Assembly (NCBI GenBank): GCA_001430755.1
Contig: CP013062.1
Span: 1,020,001 to 1,052,000 of the forward strand
Direction of reading: 5' to 3'
DNA: 32,000 nucleotides
From: Candidatus Peribacter riflensis
GTDB lineage: Bacteria; Patescibacteriota; Gracilibacteria; Peribacterales; Peribacteraceae
Below, piece by piece: positions 17,376 to 25,359 of this stretch. How positions within the stretch are numbered: the stretch's first letter is position 1; every line of letters begins with the position of its first letter. The position numbers and the translations under genes are program-made. The notes below the pieces were generated by a model, which was not told where the DNA came from, did no database searches, and was given only the letters and a program-made list of their open reading frames with translations.

Positions 17376-20117
17376 TCACGCTCCCCGACCGTGGCACTTC
17401 TTGTATTTCTTTCCGCTGCCGCATGGGCACAGATCGTTGCGCCCCACATGATCCACCTTCAGGACTTTTGCGGCAGAGACGGGCTTGGAAGGAGCTCCTA
17501 GATGATTCTGAATGAGCATGGCACCACTTCCTGATTCATTATTCTTCATTCTTAATTCTTCCGTCCCGACACCGGTCTTCTCCAGCTCCCCCTCAATCTG
17601 ATCCGCATTGGTCTGCAGGTTTTGGAGCTCTTCCTGCCGTTCTTCCAGCGCCGCGCGCGCCGCGAACTGCGCGAAGTCGACCTGCAGCAGCGTGCGCACG
17701 ATTGTGGAATCAATGGTGGCAATGAGCTGCTGGAACCGCCTGAATCCCTGATCCTTGTACTCGATTAATGGATCGCGCTGGGCATAGCCGGCGAAGGCCA
17801 CCTGTTCCCGCAGATGCGACATGTCGTCGATGTGATCCATCCAGTGCGTGTCGATCGACCGCAGGGTGATGATGCGCTCCGCCTGTGCCACGGTCGCCGG
17901 CTGCTCCTCTTTGCACTTGGCCTCGTAGAACGATTGCGTCAGCTGCACCAACGCCGCTGCGAGCTCTTCGGTTACAGAGAAGGAACGCAATTTCTGTTCT
18001 GTGGCGACCTCGGCGAACGCGGGATGCAGTGCAACGAGATTTTCTGTGATCTCCTTTGCATTCCATTCGCTGGGATCGATGCTGGACGCGTGGATGGCAG
18101 CGAGAGAGCGCATATCCTTTTCGATCGCTGCAAGAACATCTTTATGGAGAGGCTGGGCCTCCACCTCCTCCTCGGGGATGTTGTCGGCTTCGGCCAGACG
18201 CTCCAGAATCTTCTGCCGGCGCAGATAGATGATCTGGCGGTGCCTGTTCATCACGTCGTCGTACTGCACCACGTGACGGCGGATGTCGAAGTTGTGACCT
18301 TCCACTTTCTTCTGCGCACCTTCGATGGAGCGCGAGACCATGCCGTTTTCGAGCGGCACATCATCGGGAACCTTCAGCCGTTCCATCATGGCTTTCAAGC
18401 GGTCCCCGCCGAAGAGACGCATGAGATCGTCTTCCATTGAGACGAAGAACTGGCTTTCTCCGTTGTCCCCCTGGCGTCCGGAACGGCCGCGCAGCTGGTT
18501 GTCGATGCGCCGCGCTTCATGCCGCTCGGTGCCGAGGATGCACAGGCCACCCAGCCCCGCCACGCCCTCGCCCAGTTTGATGTCGGTTCCGCGTCCCGCC
18601 ATGTTCGTGGCAATGGTGACTGAGCCTTTCTGCCCTGCCTGCGCCACGATCTCCGCTTCTTTTTCGTGATGCTTGGCATTGAGCACCTGGTGCGGCACTT
18701 TCTCCTGCTCGAGAAGCGCACTCATGGCCTCTGATTTCTCAATGGAAGTTGTGCCGATGAGAATCGGCTGCCCTTTGGCGTACTTCTCTTGCGCGATCTT
18801 GGCCACTGCCCTGAATTTTGCTTCCACTGTACGGTAGATCGCATCTGCCTTGTCATCCCGGACCATGGGTTTGTTGGTCGGAATGATGATGACGCGGAGC
18901 TTGTAGATGGTTTCGAATTCCTCCTCCTCGGTCTTGGCCGTACCCGTCATGCCGGCGAGTTTCTCAAAGAGACGAAAATAATTCTGGAAGGTGATGGTGG
19001 CGAGGGTTTTCGATTCGCGCTGCACCTCGACGTTCTCTTTCGCTTCGATCGCCTGGTGAAGACCGTGGCTGTAGCGGCGGCCTTCCATCAGGCGTCCGGT
19101 AAATTCATCCACGATGATGATCTCGTTGTCTTTTACGACGTAATCCACGTCGCGCTGGTACATGGCGTGTGCACGCAGCGCCTGCTCGATGTGATGCACC
19201 TCGGAAAAGCCCTTCTCAGTGTAGATATTCTCCAATCCCAACAACTGCTCCATTTTCTTCACACCCTCTTCGGTGAGGACGGCGGTCTTCTGCTTCTCAT
19301 CTTTATTGTAGTGAATGTTCTCCTGCAGTTGTCCCACCAGCATGGAGTACTGACGGTACTTGTCGGTGGATTCCTCGGCGGGCTGGCTGATAATGAGTGG
19401 CGTTCGCGCCTCATCGATGAGAATGGAGTCCACTTCGTCGACGATGGCGTAGTTGAGCCCTCGCTGCACCTGACGCTGAAGCGACGTCACCATGTTGTCG
19501 CGCAGGTAGTCGAAGCCAAATTCATTGTTGGTACCGTACGTGACATCGCAGGCATAGGCGGCCTTGCGCTCATCATTCGTTTTCTCGTGAACAATGGTGC
19601 CGACGGTGAGGCCGAGTGCTTCGTAGAGAATGCCCATCCATGTTGAATCGCGCTTGGCCAGGTAGTCGTTGACTGTGATGACGTGCACACCCTTGCCCGT
19701 GAGGGCATTGAGATAGACAGGGAGGGTGCAGACGAGTGTCTTGCCTTCTCCTGTGCGCATTTCGGCGATATTCCCCTGATGGAGCACGGCTCCGCCGATG
19801 ATCTGCACGTCGAACGGCACCATGTCCCATACGAATTCCTGCTTACCCAGGGTCGCTTTTCTCCCTGATTCTTTCAGGAGCTCGCACGCGCGGATGGCAG
19901 TGGCGAACGCTTCGGGCAAGAGAGCATCGAGTGTCTCGCCTTTGGCGACACGATCACGGAATGCCTGCGTCTTTTTGGGCAGATCGGAGAGTGTGAGTGC
20001 CTTGATGGAAGGATCCTGGCCTGCCGCGCGCACCTGCTGCACGATGGGACGGAGCTTTTTGAGCTCCTTCTCATTGGGATCGCCGAGGAACTTGTTCAGA
20101 AAATCGATGGCTCCCAT
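17376..20117 (-). CDS. secA: Preprotein translocase ATPase SecA
   Basis: ORF trimmed to Met38 (MGAIDFLNKFLGDPNEKELKKL). Motifs MRTGEGKTL, DEVDSILIDEARTPLIIS, TNMAGRGTDI, and the C-terminal zinc finger CPCGSGKKYKKCHG. TGCTATTCT box 12 nt upstream of the ATG. Confidence 0.97.
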   Translation of the reverse strand: MGAIDFLNKFLGDPNEKELKKLRPIVQQVRAAGQDPSIKALTLSDLPKKTQAFRDRVAKGETLDALLPEAFATAIRACELLKESGRKATLGKQEFVWDMVPFDVQIIGGAVLHQGNIAEMRTGEGKTLVCTLPVYLNALTGKGVHVITVNDYLAKRDSTWMGILYEALGLTVGTIVHEKTNDERKAAYACDVTYGTNNEFGFDYLRDNMVTSLQRQVQRGLNYAIVDEVDSILIDEARTPLIISQPAEESTDKYRQYSMLVGQLQENIHYNKDEKQKTAVLTEEGVKKMEQLLGLENIYTEKGFSEVHHIEQALRAHAMYQRDVDYVVKDNEIIIVDEFTGRLMEGRRYSHGLHQAIEAKENVEVQRESKTLATITFQNYFRLFEKLAGMTGTAKTEEEEFETIYKLRVIIIPTNKPMVRDDKADAIYRTVEAKFRAVAKIAQEKYAKGQPILIGTTSIEKSEAMSALLEQEKVPHQVLNAKHHEKEAEIVAQAGQKGSVTIATNMAGRGTDIKLGEGVAGLGGLCILGTERHEARRIDNQLRGRSGRQGDNGESQFFVSMEDDLMRLFGGDRLKAMMERLKVPDDVPLENGMVSRSIEGAQKKVEGHNFDIRRHVVQYDDVMNRHRQIIYLRRQKILERLAEADNIPEEEVEAQPLHKDVLAAIEKDMRSLAAIHASSIDPSEWNAKEITENLVALHPAFAEVATEQKLRSFSVTEELAAALVQLTQSFYEAKCKEEQPATVAQAERIITLRSIDTHWMDHIDDMSHLREQVAFAGYAQRDPLIEYKDQGFRRFQQLIATIDSTIVRTLLQVDFAQFAARAALEERQEELQNLQTNADQIEGELEKTGVGTEELRMKNNESGSGAMLIQNHLGAPSKPVSAAKVLKVDHVGRNDLCPCGSGKKYKKCHGRGA
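17527..17562 (-). repeat. AT-rich heptad-repeat element (GAATnAn x4) embedded in frame in the secA 3' linker
   Basis: The minus-strand sequence GGAAGAATTAAGAATGAAGAATAATGAATCAGGAAG matches 20858-20893 at 31 of 36 positions. It encodes EELRMKNNESGS in SecA. Confidence 0.6.
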
Positions 20118-20206
20118 GTTCGAGTGAGGAGAATAGCAGACGGAACGCGATCTTCTAAAGGAAAGGAGGGCTTTCTGCACCGCAACGGAGCGTCTATGGA
20201 GCCGGG

Positions 20207-20854
20207 CTACCACCCTCTGCCATACCACGGCTCAAGAAGTTCCGGTGCAAAGGTCTGCCGGGCAAGGAACTCCGGAAGCACATCGTCGAGAGACCGGAGG
20301 GACGCAGGAGTGGTCCTGTCTTTGAACAGGGCTTCGTGTTCGGGGATCAGTTCTCCCACAAAAAAGAGCTCATTCCTCATCCCCCCTCCCTCTGGGAGAG
20401 GGAAGGGTGAGGGGGGAAGCTTTGCTATAAAATCATCAACGGTTAAGTGAACCGCCTCTGGCCAGAGAGATGTATAGGACCCGAATCCCCGCGCGAAGAG
20501 CTCATGCCTCTTCGTGGAGTGAAGCCAGAGAAAATCGACGGCATCCTGTACTCTCGCCGCAGTGAGATCGCTCAAATGGATTCCCGCCCCCGGAATATGC
20601 AGTTGATGGATGAGAGTATTGGCGAATGCCACCGCCACCCTGAGGCTCATGAATCCTCCGGGACCGATGGCGCAGGCAACATGGGTGAGATCTCCGCTTT
20701 TCCATCCGGCCGCATCGAGCGTCTTTTCGAAGAGCAGAATCAGCTCATGATCGCCGATCCGATGATCGACCGGTTCGGAGGCCTTGATCGCCCGATCCTC
20801 GGCACAGGCGAGGAGGCCGGAATGGCTGGCCAGATCAAGAAAGAGACAGCGCAC
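20207..20854 (-). CDS. tsaB: tRNA threonylcarbamoyladenosine biosynthesis protein TsaB (YeaZ); GTG start
   Basis: YeaZ-type N-terminal pattern (LFLDLASHSGLLA...HVACAIGPGGFMSLRVAVAFANTL). Contains an in-frame REP-like insert (see repeat 20381-20417). Confidence 0.75.
   Translation of the reverse strand: MRCLFLDLASHSGLLACAEDRAIKASEPVDHRIGDHELILLFEKTLDAAGWKSGDLTHVACAIGPGGFMSLRVAVAFANTLIHQLHIPGAGIHLSDLTAARVQDAVDFLWLHSTKRHELFARGFGSYTSLWPEAVHLTVDDFIAKLPPSPFPLPEGGGMRNELFFVGELIPEHEALFKDRTTPASLRSLDDVLPEFLARQTFAPELLEPWYGRGW
20381..20417 (+). repeat. GC-rich REP-like hairpin element, family copy 2, inside the tsaB coding sequence
   Basis: CCCCCCTCCCTCTGGGAGAGGGAAGGGTGAGGGGGG. Read on the minus strand it encodes PPSPFPLPEGGG within TsaB. 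Confidence 0.6.
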
Positions 20855-20932
20855 GAAGAAAGAATTATGAATAAAGAATAAAGAATCAAGAAGACTGTCT
20901 CTTAATTCATAATTCTTGCTTCTTAATTCTCC
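20855..20932. repeat. Two inverted copies of the AT-rich heptad element in the divergent tsaB/GT2 spacer
   Basis: 20855-20893 GAAGAAAGAATTATGAATAAAGAATAAAGAATCAAGAAG (+). 20897-20932 is a reverse-complement copy (GGAGAATTAAGAAGCAAGAATTATGAATTAAGAGAC on the minus strand). Each copy is sense-oriented towards the gene transcribed away from it. Confidence 0.55.
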
Positions 20933-20969
20933 TCAAACGAACGGATAGAATGGAACCATCCCGCTCCAT

Positions 20970-21881
20970 ATGCCTTCTCTCTCTGTCGTCATCCCCACGT
21001 ACCGGCGGCCGAACATTCTCAGGCTCTGCCTGAAGTGCCTCGAAGCGCAAACCATCGCCGACGAATTGGAAGTGATCGTGGTGAGTGACGGTCCGGATCC
21101 CCAAACCGCAGCACTATTCAAGGAACCTACGCCCCACACCCTCCCCCCTATCACCTACCTCGAGGTTCCCAAATCGCAACAGGGGGTTGCACGCAATTTT
21201 GGCGTACGTCACGCGCACGCTCCTTTTGCGCTCTTCATCGGCGATGACATGCTGCTGGAACGCAGCGCCTGCGAGATTCATCTCCGAACACACGAAAAGA
21301 TCCGAAATGAGAAATCCCCGAAGCCCAATTCCCGATTCCCCATTCCCGAAACCGCCGTTCTCGGCTTCGTCACCTGGGACCCGGTCGTTGAGATCACGCC
21401 CGTCATGCGCTGGCTTGAGCGGAGCGGCTGGCAATTCGGGTACCCGAAGATCGCGAAGTACGCACACGCGTTCCTCCCCGAAAAGATGCAGGAACACTTC
21501 ACCTATACCAGCAACATCAGCGTGCCCACGGAGGTCGCACGGCGGTTCCGGTTCCGTGAAGACATGACCCTCTATGGCTGGGAGGATATCGAATGGGGCA
21601 TGCGGATGAAGCGGGCGGGAATTCGCCTGTACTACGAACCGGATGCCAAGGCCCTCCACCACCATCACATGACACTGGAGCAATCGCTCGCGCGCATGGA
21701 AACGCTGGGACAGTCGCTCGTCCTGCTCGCGGAGAAAGTCCCCGACTTCCGTAAACAGGTTTCTGCGGTCAGGCGGCTGGCGCTGCGGGCGAGAGCGCTC
21801 TTGCCGACGATGAGCGGAAAACACCAACGAGCTTTCTTAGGGGGAATCTCGCAAACACTTCGTAAAAAATACAAAAAATAA
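20970..21881 (+). CDS. Family 2 glycosyltransferase
   Basis: N-terminal SVVIPTYRRPNILRLCLKCLEAQT, then a DxD-like FIGDDM, typical of the GT2 GT-A fold. Confidence 0.85.
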   Translation: MPSLSVVIPTYRRPNILRLCLKCLEAQTIADELEVIVVSDGPDPQTAALFKEPTPHTLPPITYLEVPKSQQGVARNFGVRHAHAPFALFIGDDMLLERSACEIHLRTHEKIRNEKSPKPNSRFPIPETAVLGFVTWDPVVEITPVMRWLERSGWQFGYPKIAKYAHAFLPEKMQEHFTYTSNISVPTEVARRFRFREDMTLYGWEDIEWGMRMKRAGIRLYYEPDAKALHHHHMTLEQSLARMETLGQSLVLLAEKVPDFRKQVSAVRRLALRARALLPTMSGKHQRAFLGGISQTLRKKYKK

Positions 21882-21929
21882 ATCAGAGATGAGTGATCAG
21901 CCACAAGCTTCATACATCTTCATGAGAGT

Positions 21930-22066
21930 GGGGGTGGCGCGCCACGGGGGGTGAAGGGGAAGGCCCTGACACGCGCAGCGGGGAAAGCCGACGAGTCAGC
22001 TCCGAAGCCTTGGAGGAGATGACGAGGAGGCACAGGGCCGGGCGGAGTGGGGATTGGCGCGCCGGC
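21930..22066 (+). ncRNA. Copy A of an unclassified ~135-nt GC-rich structured repeat (candidate ncRNA / MITE-like element)
   Basis: Aligns with 26881-27019. Bracketing helix GGCGCGCC 21936-21943 / GGCGCGCC 22056-22063. Inner helix GGCCCTG 21962-21968 / CAGGGCC 22033-22039. Strand is assigned only because both flanking genes are on +. Confidence 0.5.
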
Positions 22067-22142
22067 GTTTGGGCGGAAGCCTTTTCGCCGGAAAAGGGTG
22101 GAAAGAGTAATGGTGATCATCCCATGCTATGCTTTCGACCTC

Positions 22143-23327
22143 ATGTTCCGCCGGATGGACTTTCTCCTCCTCGGCATCACTGTGGTGCTCACGCTCTTCG
22201 GGCTTGCCATGATTTCGAGCGTCAGTGTCTTCGAGAGCTATCAGCTGACCCAGCGGCTCACCCTGCAGGGCCTGCGCGACGGGCCGAGTAATTCGTTCTA
22301 CCTCTGGCGCAGTTTCCGCCATGTCCTGATGGGGCTCGGCGTGATGGGCTTCATCTCGCTCGTCCCCTACCGTCTCTGGCAGCGCTTCGCGTTCCCGATT
22401 TTTGTCGCAAGTCTCCTGCTCCTCATTGCGGTATTCATCCCCGGCCTGCGCGCAGACTGGGGGACGGCACGCACCTGGCTCCGCCTGGGTCCGCTGTCGA
22501 TTCAGCCGGATGAGTTCATCAAGCTCTCGATGATCTTCTACCTCTCGATGTGGCTGCAGAAACGCGAACAACTGGTCGGAACATGGAAGGAGGGATTCGT
22601 CCCATTCGCCACGCTCCTGAGTATCAGTACGATCCTGGTGGCCATCCAGCCCAACCTCGGTTCCTTTCTCGTCATCGCTTCCATCGCCGTCGTGATGTTC
22701 TACCTCGCGGGGGGAAATATTTTCCATGTACTCCTGGGGGGCGCCATGGCGAGCATTCTGGGCTTGCCGCTGATCCTGCAGAAGGAATACATCCGCAACC
22801 GTTTCCGCGCGTTCCTCTCGCCGGAAGATCCTTCTATTTCCGAAACCATCGGTTTTCAGATCAAGCAGGCCCTCATCGCCATCGGGAGCGGCGGGGCATT
22901 CGGCGTGGGCTACGGAAAATCCGTGCAGAAGTTCGGCTACCTCCCCGAAGTGCAGGCCGACACGATCTTCTCCGCGATGGCCGAGGAACTGGGCTTCTTC
23001 CGCCTGCTCATCATCCTCTCTATGTACGGCATCCTGATCTGGCGCGGGTACAAGATCGCCCGCGAAGCTCCGGACCGTTTCGGTTTTCTGGTGGCAACGG
23101 GCATCACGACATGGATCGCGTCGCAGACGATGCTGAACATCGCGGTGAATCTGGCGCTCTTCCCCCTGACGGGCATCACGCTCCCCTTCATCAGTTACGG
23201 CGGCTCCTCCCTCATCTCGCTACTGGCTGCCGTCGGCATTCTGCTCAATATCTCTATGCATTCCACGCAGGCAGCCAGCGTTGCACGCAGAACCGAGAGA
23301 CAAACTTCCTCTTTCTTGCGCGCCTGA
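22143..23327 (+). CDS. ftsW: Peptidoglycan glycosyltransferase FtsW (SEDS family)
   Basis: ORF 22047..23327 trimmed to MFRRMDFLLLGITVVL because the upstream part overlaps the repeat. Multi-TM SEDS pattern (...PDEFIKLSMIFYLS..., ...GYGKSVQKFGYLPEVQADTIFSAMAEELGF..., ...LPFISYGGSSL...). Directly upstream of murG. TGCTATGCT box 9 nt before the ATG. Confidence 0.88.
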   Translation: MFRRMDFLLLGITVVLTLFGLAMISSVSVFESYQLTQRLTLQGLRDGPSNSFYLWRSFRHVLMGLGVMGFISLVPYRLWQRFAFPIFVASLLLLIAVFIPGLRADWGTARTWLRLGPLSIQPDEFIKLSMIFYLSMWLQKREQLVGTWKEGFVPFATLLSISTILVAIQPNLGSFLVIASIAVVMFYLAGGNIFHVLLGGAMASILGLPLILQKEYIRNRFRAFLSPEDPSISETIGFQIKQALIAIGSGGAFGVGYGKSVQKFGYLPEVQADTIFSAMAEELGFFRLLIILSMYGILIWRGYKIAREAPDRFGFLVATGITTWIASQTMLNIAVNLALFPLTGITLPFISYGGSSLISLLAAVGILLNISMHSTQAASVARRTERQTSSFLRA

Positions 23328-23374
23328 GCGGAACGGAAGAGGTAAGATGGCAAGCCGATAGAAAGCCTGTCTCT

Positions 23375-24421
23375 ATGACTTCCATAACTGTTCTCTTCGT
23401 CGGCGGCGGATCGATCGGCCACATCGCGCCTGCAGTGGCGGTTGCCCGGGAGCTCTCTGCGATACGCCCGGCCGTCACCATTCGCTTCGTCGTCAGCGAG
23501 CGTGCCGAAGATGCGGAATTTTTGGAACAGAGCGGCTATGCAGTCCTGCGCCTCCCCGCACAAAAAATCTCCTGGCGTTTGCCCTGGGATTTCTGGAAGG
23601 CGGTTCGCGCCGCTCACGCCCTGCTCGATGAAACGAAGCCGCGTGCGATCTTCAGTAAGGGCGGTTTTGTGAGCGTGCCTCTCTGCTTCGCCGCACGAAA
23701 GAGGAACATCCCCGTCATCCTGCACGAGTCTGACGCCGTGAGCGGCTGGGCGAACTGGCTCACCGGCCGGTGGGCGCAGGCGATCTGCCTTGGGTCTGAA
23801 GGAGCTTTCAGAAATTCCAAAGCAATAGTTACCGGAAACCCCGTGCGCGCAATGGTCACGTCCGGCTCGCGCCAGAAGGGCCTGGCCCTCACCGGGCTCT
23901 CGCGCATGCGTCCGGTGCTCCTCGTGCTGGGCGGGAGCCAGGGGGCGCTCGCGTTGAACCGGGCGGTTGCCGCGCACCTGACCGAGCTTCTGGACTTCTG
24001 CGACATCATTCACATCACGGGGCAGGGAAAGGCCACAGTGCTGCAGAATCCTCCGGGGTACTGGCAGTGCCCCTTCGCAGGCGAGGAGCTGCCCCATCTC
24101 TACGCTGCCGCCGATCTCGCCCTCAGCCGCGCCGGGGCGGGAGCGCTCGCCGAGCTCGCAGCCATCGGCCTGCCGACCATGCTTGTCCCCTTAGACCATG
24201 TGGCGCACGACCATCAGCGCAGAAACGCCGAAGTGGCGGTCCGTTCCGGCGGAGCGATCCTGCTCGATCAGCGCTTCTTGAAATCATCACTGGTCCCGAC
24301 GATCCGTCATCTGATCGACGCCGCCGAAACACGTCGCACCATGGGGAACGCCATCCGCTCGCTCCACCGACCGGAGGCTGCTCGACAAATCGCCGAAGTC
24401 ATTGCACGGTCTCTTGCCTGA
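23375..24421 (+). CDS. murG: UDP-N-acetylglucosamine--N-acetylmuramyl-(pentapeptide) pyrophosphoryl-undecaprenol GlcNAc transferase MurG
   Basis: Starts [23 protein letters not shown] (G-loop). C-terminal ...[22 protein letters not shown]...DHQRRNA. The longer track ORF 22550..24421 is an out-of-frame overlap with ftsW. Confidence 0.9.
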   Translation: MTSITVLFVGGGSIGHIAPAVAVARELSAIRPAVTIRFVVSERAEDAEFLEQSGYAVLRLPAQKISWRLPWDFWKAVRAAHALLDETKPRAIFSKGGFVSVPLCFAARKRNIPVILHESDAVSGWANWLTGRWAQAICLGSEGAFRNSKAIVTGNPVRAMVTSGSRQKGLALTGLSRMRPVLLVLGGSQGALALNRAVAAHLTELLDFCDIIHITGQGKATVLQNPPGYWQCPFAGEELPHLYAAADLALSRAGAGALAELAAIGLPTMLVPLDHVAHDHQRRNAEVAVRSGGAILLDQRFLKSSLVPTIRHLIDAAETRRTMGNAIRSLHRPEAARQIAEVIARSLA

Positions 24422-24455
24422 GTGGGAGGACGCGCGTACCCTTCCGCGGTCACAT

Positions 24456-25124
24456 ATGAAAAGGTACTACGTCTTCCTCATTCCGCTTTTTGCGCTTGCA
24501 CTCTTGGTTGGGTGCGGCCAGCAAAGCGAACCGGCGCCCGAGGCCCCTCCTCCTGCCGCCGAAGCAACTCCGCCAGAGGAAGAGGCTCCTCCCCCTGAAG
24601 AGATGGAACCCCCCGCCCCTGCCGGCTTTGACGGAACACTGCTGACCGGAAAGCAAACTGTCATCCTCCACACGAGCATGGGAGATGTCACCCTGGAGCT
24701 GGATGCCGACAGCGCCCCGCAGACGGTGACGAACTTTGTCATTCTCGGTCGCACTGGCTTCTACAACGGCCTCACCTTCCACCGCGTCATTAAAGATTTT
24801 ATGATCCAGGGCGGCGACCCGAACGGCGATGGCACGGGAGGCGAGAGTATTTATGGCCCCACATTCGAAGATGAGTTGGAGGGCAACCCCCTCCCGCTGG
24901 TGCGCGGCGTGATCGCCATGGCCAATCGCGGACCGAACACGAACGGCAGCCAGTTCTTCATCATCACCCGCGCCGACGGCACTCCCTGGCTCGTCGGCAA
25001 ACACACGCCATTCGGACGCGTAGTGGAAGGGATGGAAGTGATAGATGCCATCAGCGAGGTCATCGTCGGGGAACTCGAAAGGCCGCTGGATCCGGTGACG
25101 TTTACGGTAGAGGTAGTCAATTAA
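24456..25124 (+). CDS. Cyclophilin-type peptidyl-prolyl cis-trans isomerase, lipoprotein
   Basis: Trimmed to [22 protein letters not shown] (lipobox LVGC), then a Pro/Glu/Ala linker and cyclophilin motifs [15 protein letters not shown] and NTNGSQFFI. Confidence 0.9.
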   Translation: MKRYYVFLIPLFALALLVGCGQQSEPAPEAPPPAAEATPPEEEAPPPEEMEPPAPAGFDGTLLTGKQTVILHTSMGDVTLELDADSAPQTVTNFVILGRTGFYNGLTFHRVIKDFMIQGGDPNGDGTGGESIYGPTFEDELEGNPLPLVRGVIAMANRGPNTNGSQFFIITRADGTPWLVGKHTPFGRVVEGMEVIDAISEVIVGELERPLDPVTFTVEVVN

Positions 25125-25167
25125 GAAAATACAGACCATCCATGGTGTCTTCGGGTATCCTGTTTCC

Positions 25168-25359
25168 ATGCGCACCCGTTTCGCGCCATCGCCGACAGGT
25201 TTCCTGCATGAAGGCGTGAGAGACAAACCTACGGTTTTTCTCTCACGAACTCTCTTTTCCTTTAGTGGAGTCGCTCCAGCGCGGGAACCCGCGAGACCCG
25301 CGCTTCGCGACAATTTTTTGAAATTCAACCTAACCCACTCCATTATCCATACCTCATGA
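25168..25359 (+). pseudogene. 5' remnant of gltX forming a 63-codon upstream ORF that ends in ATGA on the functional gltX start
   Basis: Its first 14 codons (MRTRFAPSPTGFLH) match the real gltX start (MRTRFAPSPTGFIH). Homology then decays (EGVRD vs VGNLRT) and is lost. The stop TGA (25357-25359) overlaps ATG 25356. Confidence 0.6.
25318..25346 (+). promoter_or_regulatory. Candidate gltX promoter TTGAAA-N17-CATTAT, 9 nt upstream of the ATG
   Basis: -35 at 25318-25323 and -10 at 25341-25346, ATG at 25356. Lies inside the segment separating the remnant from the functional gene. Confidence 0.45.

Noticed and set aside
20855-20932. Short tandem AT-rich repeats considered as a CRISPR array or replication-origin iterons.
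   Set aside because: The units are 7 nt with no spacers, and there are only three ~36-nt blocks in the window. No cas genes, DnaA boxes or dnaA/dnaN are nearby.
21930-22066. Whether the two ~135-nt repeats are a DGR template/variable repeat pair, an SRP/4.5S RNA (shared AGAUGACG and GGGGG start), or coding repeats.
   Set aside because: Differences between the copies are not adenine-specific and no reverse transcriptase is nearby. Two copies, and the absence of the SRP domain IV GGAA-loop/AGCA motifs, argue against SRP RNA. No frame is open through both copies on the + strand, and compensatory changes point to structure rather than coding.
22550-23374. The 623-aa ORF 22550..24421 suggested a much longer MurG or an ftsW-murG fusion.
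   Set aside because: The first ~275 codons are an Arg/Pro/Gly-rich alternative frame of ftsW, a typical GC-rich shadow. MurG motifs begin at ATG 23375.
25210-25355. The segment between the gltX remnant and gltX considered as a T-box leader or a self-splicing intron.
   Set aside because: No T-box consensus (AAUUAGGGUGGUACCGCG-like) or specifier-loop layout was seen. An intron would not duplicate exon codons with different synonymous sites, and the segment is too short for a group I or II core.
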